The notes under the pieces were generated by a model. It saw nothing but the letters and a program-made list of their open reading frames with translations. It had not been told where the DNA came from and did not search any database. This document shows positions 56,301 through 64,000 of a stretch of 64,000 nucleotides of DNA, one piece after another (the stretch's first letter is position 1; every line of letters begins with the position of its first letter). The position numbers and the translations under genes are program-made. The stretch lies in assembly GCA_964016885.1 (NCBI GenBank), contig OZ024746.1, positions 89,652,001-89,716,000 of the forward strand. The letters are read 5' to 3'. Source of the DNA: Eledone cirrhosa. Lineage: Eukaryota.

Positions 56301-56415
56301 ATCCCGCTGACGAAGCCACATTCACCGATTATGCATTGTTGCATAATGTATGCGGACATAGGTTGCAGTACATCCTACTGCTGCATTAAGTGTAGCCGAA
56401 ACTCGAGTTTGGGAT
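56301..56415 (+). ncRNA. Type I hammerhead ribozyme with branched ~85-nt stem II domain
   Basis: Stem I ATCCCG/TGGGAT, CTGACGA 56307-56313, GAAA 56398-56401, palindromic stem III ACTCGAGT, GTT triplet. Internal hairpins TTATGCA/TGCATAA and GCAGTA/TACTGC. Confidence 0.7.
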
Positions 56416-56526
56416 CTACAGTAGGAACCCATTTACGTGTGTTGTATTGAAGCGAATAACTATGTGTATACTCTGGGAGTTTATTTAACACTACCTATCG
56501 ATTACGCTGAGATGCAACCGGTACTG

Positions 56527-56797
56527 GCAGTGATACCTAGTCTTCATTAAGACATATCTCTAAGAGAAGATCTCTCTGATATATGACCTGCATCCAATGA
56601 TGGAGACCAATACTTCCTAGAAGTGATACATATTCTTCATTAAGACATCTCTCTAAGAGAAGGTCACTCTGATATATAACCTGCATCCAATGATGTTGAC
56701 CAGTAATTCCTAGCAGTGAGACCTATTCTTCATTAAGACATCTCTCTACGAGAAGATCACTCTGATATAAGACCTGCATCCAGTGATGTAGACCACT
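56527..56797. repeat. 93-bp tandem repeat, about 3 copies
   Basis: TCTTCATTAAGAC at 56541, 56634 and 56727. Confidence 0.9.
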
Positions 56798-56916
56798 TCT
56801 TTTTAGGTAAATGCATACAATGTTGAAACACAGGGATTGGCCCCGTGCACAGCACTTCCTCACTTCAAAAACATTCAAGCACAGACATCGCTTGATATGT
56901 GACATTATCTTACGGG

Positions 56917-57106
56917 GTGGTGGATTGGCAGTATCGGTAGAGGGTCAAACACCATGCTTTGCAGCACAGTTACATCCCTTTACGAACTGAGTTCAAATCC
57001 CGCCGATGTTAACTTTGCCTTTCATCCTTACAGGGTCGATAAAATAAAGTACCAGTAATGTACTGGGTAATTGGTGGCCTTGTGCCTAATGCAGAAACCA
57101 TTATTT
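56917..57106 (+). mobile_element. tRNA-derived SINE (Meta-domain type)
   Basis: Full-length copy of the family. Confidence 0.85.
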
Positions 57107-57199
57107 TACGATGCATGGAGTTGCTGGTGAGACCCTGGTAAGTTCCTAGCACAAAAAAGTCAGGTCCATGATACTCATGCCTAAGTATCAATCGATGGC

Positions 57200-57870
57200 A
57201 TTACCCGATATCGAGTTGCACCCAGTATATATATAGTCGAAGAGGACAGGAAAGCCAAATATGTGTGAATTGCTTTGATGCGCGCGTTATCACCGCTGTT
57301 AATGTCAACAGGAACAACATTCACAACAACAATGACCACGCCATTTAAAATGATGAAGCCAAGGTACATGCGTCCCAATAGTGAGGCACCAGGTAATGAT
57401 GTGTTTGGTTGCGATTAAATCGAGAAGGTAGAAAGTTATGTTTATCTCGAGGAAGATCTAATTATGTGACGAGATTTGAATAATGAGATATCGCGGAGAA
57501 TAAGATCGGATTGGGGATAATGTAACACAGGAAAGATGGAGGAACAGCTGTTAATATTGGTGCAAAGAGCTATAGAAATATTGTTGATGGGAGGCTCCTT
57601 TCATAGCTGGAACGAGCAGATAAGCGAAGAGAGGGACTGAGTACCGTTTGGATACACATAGATGACTGGACCTGCCACCCGGTTCACTAATAATTAATGG
57701 GCCATGCAGTTGTCGAGTCGTACTCGCGCCGCAGAAATAACCTCTCGGAAGGCCTCATATTCGCATGGATTCGCAATATAATTTGACACCAATAACGAAT
57801 CGGAATAAATGCTGTGACCACCGGATTTAAAGCATCACGCGACATTCTGGCTCGTCAAGGTGATTATATG
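57200..57870 (+). mobile_element. Degenerate RTE-like LINE remnant
   Basis: IEKVESYVYL...EISRRIRSDW resembles the RTE post-RT block. Confidence 0.55.
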
Positions 57871-58410
57871 AATGTATATCTACGACTAAGCGCGCACACA
57901 CACGCATACACACACACACATACAGACACATATACACACCCATACACACACATATATATATATTCATCTATTTATATATATACATATATATACATACATA
58001 GTTATGTAATAAACAACATAAGGCAATTATTTCATTTACCAGTGGTTTCTTGAAAGCAAACAAATTTTGCTTTCAATCATTAGAATGAAAAAATCCTGGT
58101 GTATTTATTGACATTGGATTTTAAAAACAAAAATATAATCTGTATGAAAGTGAGGCTGGAAAAGGAAGAAGAAAAGGAAAAATAAACACACATGCACCCC
58201 CCCCACACAATTACATACACACACATATAGACATACACATATATATACATACATACACACACACATATATATATATATATATACATACATACACATATAC
58301 ATAAACGTACAAATACACATACATATACATACATACACATACACACACATACACATGTATATACATATACACATACACATATACATACACACACACACGC
58401 ACACACACAT

Positions 58411-58459
<49 letters not shown>

Positions 58460-58569
58460 CACACATATATATACATACATATACACACGCATACATACAA
58501 ATACATACATACACATGTATGTGTGTAAAACTCATTCTTAGAAGTTTTCATTGAACCTTGTTTAACTCT

Positions 58570-58603
<34 letters not shown>

Positions 58604-59021
58604 TAAACGGAATAGAAAATGCTGACAAATTGTTCACAGTTGAAAAATGGTTTAATTAGGAATAAAAGAGTATTAGTGATTGTATGGGTTAGTATTCAGT
58701 TGTGGTTTTAAGTTTTTAAGTTTTTACCGGTTGCGCATTTCTAAATGCTTTTCAAAAATAATTTTGAGATAGAGTGTCCGTGTTGTTTGCTCTGATTTGA
58801 TTAGTTTTGGGAATTCTACCTGTTTTTATGTTAAAAAAGTGGCTCCAGCGATACTTTGGTGTTTCAAAAATTCTTGTGGTCAAAACAATTTTGATTGGTC
58901 GGTAGAGGTCATGTGAATGTAAAAAATTGATTTTGCGCCAAGACTGTTTTTATGTTAAAAAAGTAGCTCCAGCGTTATTTGGTGTTTCCAAAAATTCTTG
59001 TAGTAGTAGTAAGGTGTTCGA

Positions 59022-59073
59022 TGTAGGGAAAAGTATGACCCTGACGGCAGAGCTCAAGCCGTTTCTGAGGCTA
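59022..59073 (-). mobile_element. Family A HHR 3' half (GAAA, stem III, GTC, stem I')
   Basis: Minus strand AGCCTCAGAAACGGCTTGAGCTCTGCCGTCAGGGTCATACTTTTCC matches 9811-9857. Confidence 0.7.
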
Positions 59074-59128
59074 TTATATATATTCACACATAAACAATTA
59101 TATAAAAATACACACACACAAATATAAT

Positions 59129-59203
<75 letters not shown>

Positions 59204-59292
59204 AAAAGAACAAAAGCATATAAAATACAATTATATACACACATACATATACATACAGATATATATAAACATATATACACATACATATACAT

Positions 59293-59370
<78 letters not shown>

Positions 59371-59480
59371 ATAATAATAAAATTGAAGACTAAAATCCAA
59401 AGAGGGCTCGATAAGGAAAATATATATCAAATATATAAGAGCCGTAGGCAGCGATTCTTTGCTTAAACTTTAATCTGTTA

Positions 59481-59536
<56 letters not shown>

Positions 59537-59539
<3 letters not shown>

Positions 59540-59678
59540 GTTATTCCGGGTTGAATCGGAGGTAACCACAGTAAGTAATATACTCAATACATAGCAGAGT
59601 ATAAAAGTTTTAATATAGATGAGATTCTATTAATGAATGAAACAGTTCTAGTCCTGTAGAATCTCATCTATATTAAAA

Positions 59679-59682
<4 letters not shown>
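59537..59682. mobile_element. PLE micro-element (family C): inverted tail plus HHR 3' half, in (TA)n
   Basis: Homolog of 42061. Perfect 25-bp inverted repeat 59605-59629 / 59657-59681, GAAA 59639-59642. Confidence 0.65.
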
Positions 59683-59722
<40 letters not shown>

Positions 59723-59961
59723 TACACATATACGCAACACACACATACACACAGAAATAAATATCTAAAAATAAAAAAAGGTTGGTATGTAAAGAGTAAG
59801 ATAGAAAGTAGGGGGGGGGGGGATAAGGAAAATAAATGACATAGGAAAAGGTTTAAATATAAGGGGAGTTAAGGGAGAAAAAGAATATAAGAGTACAGAA
59901 AGTGAGTTCAGAAGGTAAAAAAATCGTAGTGGATGTAAGGCGTAGAGAGCAGAGAAGAAGT

Positions 59962-60232
59962 TCAAGGTGGTTGAGTTATCGTAGGAATGCCAATCCAGTT
60001 ACAGATCAGATGTGATTTCAGGTGGGGACAACGTCTGAAGATCTCGGTTTTGGAGTTCAGGCAAGTTGAAGTGGCTTTCAAGTTTTGTAAAATCCTAAAT
60101 TTTTCAGTGGTACACAAAGAACAATTCTTTTTGCCCCTTTGGTACTCCCTCGAATGGTCTAAAATAGACACCTTATTTGCGAGAGCCATTGTTGTTCTTT
60201 TATCAGAGTTTTGTTCTTTTATAAACGCTTGA
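59962..60232 (-). mobile_element. PLE GIY-YIG C-terminal fragment (Naiad-like)
   Basis: SILDHSREYQRGKKNCSLCTTEKFRIL...CLNSKTEIFRRCPH (CxLCxxEK...LN..E...CxH). Confidence 0.75.
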
Positions 60233-60247
60233 TATAGCAGAAAGAGG

Positions 60248-60286
60248 TTCTTAACGTTTCGGTCGCTAGTCCTTCATCAGAAGGAA
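60248..60286 (-). ncRNA. Minimal PLE-type hammerhead ribozyme
   Basis: Minus strand CTT-CTGATGA-AGGACTAGCGACC-GAAACGTT-AAG with palindromic AACGTT stem III. Stems I and II are short or imperfect. Confidence 0.6.
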
Positions 60287-60710
60287 GAATGAGAAATAAG
60301 ATAGATTGAGGGGACGGGTGGGAAGGAATTAGAAAAAACATGTCTTTAGATAAAAATAACAGGTCCATTCATATAGACATCTCTTTCAAAACTGTCGGTG
60401 CTGGCCTTTTGTGTATGATTTATTTTCAGAAAATTGCATGATGGAGTGCGTCCTACCTCAAATGAAAAAAAAAACGTTTTGTGAAAGAGCTATACTTGAG
60501 CACGTGCGTAATCATGTGTGTGTGTGCGTGTGTGTATGTGTGTGTGTGTATTATTATACGTATTTATGTATAGTGAATGTGTATATATATGTAGTGAAAA
60601 TCATTTCACACCTTTTATTGTTAAGATTTTTGATGTTCTATTAAGAGAACCGATTTTACTGAAAACATCGAATAATGTACACCATTTTACCAGGGGGAAA
60701 AAATACTGGT

Positions 60711-60755
<45 letters not shown>

Positions 60756-61009
60756 CACACACACATACACACGCGTACATTAACATGTGTGTGAAATGTG
60801 TGTGTATATGTGAGGAAAGCTCTGTGTGTGCATGTAAGTACGAAGCTATGAGAAAAAGTACGTTAATATAAGGGCGTGTACTGAGCAGTGAAGGGAAAAG
60901 TGGAGTGAGCCTATATAACCGGCATGTATTAGTTGTAAGAGAAGCTGCTAATAATCAAGAGAAAGCGATATGAATCTAGGCATCTGATAATGGACGGGTA
61001 TTGGAGAAA

Positions 61010-61725
61010 TTATGGAGGTGTGTTGAGTCCAAGAGGGGAATAGGACCCAGGCCAGTGAATCAGATTTTTGATCAGTCCTGGTGCGCGAGGCCTGTTGTCT
61101 ATGCGGTCTAAGGATACCCAGAACTGCAACATGTATAGAAGAATGACCAGGAGACAGAAATGAGGGGCGACAGGAGTATCGAAACCGAGTCGTATGTCCC
61201 TCAAATGTTCGGCAAAACGGTCCGCCTTACGGCGTCCCATTTGTCCGATATATAAAGACCAGCAAATGGAACACCCCAAGGCATAGAGAATTTGGGTGGA
61301 TGTACAGGTGAAGAAATGGCGGATACGGAAAGACCCGTTAGGGCCTGTAAGACAGGTGAGGGTGTAAATAAAGGGACAACTGTTGCAGAGGCAACGGGAA
61401 CAAGGTTGAGAGCCTGGTGGAGTCGTAGGAGAGGAGGAAAAGGAACTGCGAACCAGGAGGTAGCGGAGGTTGCGGGCGCGCTTAAAAGCAGTAATGGGTG
61501 GGTTTGGAAAAAAGCGAGAAGTGATGGGGTCAGAAGAGAGGATACGGAACGAAGAGAGGATATGTCGCCGGAGTTGTAGGGTGATGGGGTGATAGGTGAG
61601 AGGGAAAGGAACACGGGTTTGGGAGGGCGGGGTGAGCTGTGAGGGCTGTGGTGCGGACGAGGTTGAGAGCAGCTTGGACCAGGGTGGAGGGATATCCACG
61701 CTGGATGGAACAGGAAGACATCCCT
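61010..61725 (-). mobile_element. Neptune-like PLE fragment: Cys-rich linker plus GIY-YIG
   Basis: RVPFPLTYHP...PITAFKRARNLRYLLVRS...PCSRCLCNSCPF...TCTSTQILYALGCSIC..LYIGQMGR....RFAEH...PVAPHF. Confidence 0.85.
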
Positions 61726-61748
61726 TTCTATATATATATATATATATA

Positions 61749-61938
61749 TGAAAATCCTCAGGACGCCGACGGCCGAGCTCCGGTCGTTTCGACAGCTAGA
61801 TCCAAACGCTGTTTCGATCGAGCTGTCGAAACGGTAAGAGCTCAGCCGTCGGCGTCCTGAATCTTTTCATATTACCCACTTTACTATCCCAAGTATCGAT
61901 TACCCTGGTGCGTCTACCTGGTATTTTTCCACACCCTT

Positions 61939-61945
<7 letters not shown>
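61749..61945 (+). mobile_element. Diverged family A end: ~120-bp fold-back of the HHR 3' half plus tail, in (TA)n
   Basis: 61750-61802 is the reverse complement of ~61816-61868 (GCTGTCGAAACGG..GAGCTC.GCCGTCGGCGTC). The tail ATTACCCACTTTACTATCCCAAGTATC follows. Confidence 0.7.
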
Positions 61946-61994
<49 letters not shown>

Positions 61995-62183
61995 TGCTAG
62001 GGAAAGGATCAGGGGTGTATAACACTCCACTTATCCAGCAGGCAGTATGAGGTTAGCTCAATGTCTGAGGACAGAGCCGTAATATAATAAATAAATAAAG
62101 CAGGCAGTATGAGGTTAGGGCGGATGAAACAATGTTAGCAAGTAAAGATATGCATATGCTATAAGCGTTCTTTGTTATTTATT

Positions 62184-62277
<94 letters not shown>

Positions 62278-62349
62278 ATATAATTGGCAGATGTGTCGTA
62301 TGAAGACAGACGTCCAATACTTTCAATGTTACTATTATTTAGCAACTTG

Positions 62350-62536
62350 GGGTGGTTGATTGGCAGTATCAGTAGAGGGTGAGACGCCATGCATTGCAGC
62401 ATAGATTTGCGCTCCTTTATGGTCAAATCTCACCGAGGTTAACTTTGCCTACCATCCTTACGGGGGCGATAAAATATAGTACCAGTAATGTACTGGGTAA
62501 TTGCTGGCCTTGTGCCAAAAGTAGAAACAATCATTT
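62350..62536 (+). mobile_element. tRNA-derived SINE (Meta-domain type)
   Basis: Same family, with a small deletion in the B-box region. Confidence 0.8.
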
Positions 62537-62715
62537 AGCAAATTTCTTTTGCATCTCTACACACCTACCAGTTTTAGTTTTATCCATTCTGGTCTTCGAT
62601 GACTTAGTCGATTTTACAATTTAAACTCACAATACATGTGTTGATCTTCCCTATCAGTATATATAACACACTATTCTCAGCTGTTCATTTCTCTCAACCT
62701 ATTCTGACACATGAA

Positions 62716-62756
<41 letters not shown>

Positions 62757-64000
62757 TATCACCACTATCACTATTATCACTACTACTACTTCCATACTTC
62801 CTACTCCCAGCAGAACTCAAACAACAACCACTATTAATACTACTGCTATTGCCATTTTTGCCATACTCTTGTTTATACAACACAATTGCCTCTTTATTGA
62901 TTTCATCTTTCCTAGTCCTTCCAACATAACCTCAAATAATATTTGAAATGACGTACAGTGATTAGTTGATATAGCACATCTGCTCTGCATAAATACAATC
63001 AAGCTGAACAATAAAGAACAAATGGTAACGGATCCAATCACAATAATAGGCATCCAAGATGAGTGATGACCTAGTGTTAAATAAGAATAACATCAACAAT
63101 TGTCATTACTTTATTCAGACAGCAGAAACGCTGAAGAGCATAAAAAGATTTGATAGTTTTACCAAGAATATGACACAATGAGTGTTAAGATCTGGTGTGG
63201 TCGAAGGTATTATAACAGCACCCTATCGCCTACGGAAGAATATAAATCAATTTCATTTATAAATCATCTTCCATTATCAAAATGATACTGCAATGCCAGG
63301 CATCTATTGTTTCAAATGTAAATATTTTTCTAAGAGATAATATATAATTGCTTCTATAGTTTCGAGATATAACGATTGCATACAAGCATCATTTTCCATC
63401 AATGTTTACATATTGGTTATAATCTATTGACTGCAACTTACTGCAAAGAAAACTGCAAATATTCATAATCTCAGAGAAATTGTGTTCATTACGACCCGAA
63501 AGTAATTTGTGTAAATGTCTGGGTATATATTGAAACAACTAAACATTATGTTGACATTTAAAAAAAATATTGTTCGTGGGTAATTTTATCATAAGAATTG
63601 GATGTAGAAATCTCTGTCTTTCATACTACCGGCAATGTTTTCGAAATACATAGTGACACGACATTTAACCATTCCTTTTGATAGCACGACATTCATTCAG
63701 AGAGATGTTATGCATATTCCCGTACTGTATATATTCCGCATCCAGGCTGGTGAAACATTGGAATCCACTCTGAATAGCGTCAGTAATTCCAAATATATTC
63801 TATGCTCAGACCGATCTATTCAATGTTAATTTGCATCTCGCTCACCAACGCCCGCTGATCGCTTCCGCTGCTTGATTCGCTTCAATTCCATCTTTTCCAT
63901 TCTTATTTATTTGTCTCATTCAATTTTCTTTTTATTTCCATTCAATGTTGTTGTTTTTAACATGCCTGTGTATAGCAATGGCATTGGAAGACATAGACAG

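Overview
AT-rich, microsatellite-dense eukaryotic intergenic or intronic DNA with no identifiable host gene. The repeat content (a tRNA-derived Meta-domain SINE, long (TA)n/(CA)n tracts) suggests an octopod cephalopod; this is an inference. The window is almost entirely retroelement debris: about 12 SINE copies, a near-complete CRE-clade RT+RLE element, several RTE, L1/Tx1 and R4/Dong fragments, and many Penelope-like element (PLE) fragments with GIY-YIG domains (Naiad-like and Neptune-like). The most interesting signal is non-coding. I can fold by eye about 13 type I hammerhead ribozyme (HHR) motifs, some intact and some degenerate, at PLE 3' ends inside (TA)n tracts, and three of them have greatly enlarged stem II domains. 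They sit in a recurring architecture in which the ~70-110 nt tail downstream of the HHR is inserted inverted against the HHR-bearing body, with breakpoints at or near the predicted cleavage site. This produces 85-150 bp ribozyme micro-elements and hairpins. Tails of otherwise different families share a TATTGAGTAC motif. Most ORF-track entries are microsatellite artefacts. All family assignments come from recalled motifs, not database searches, and element boundaries are approximate.
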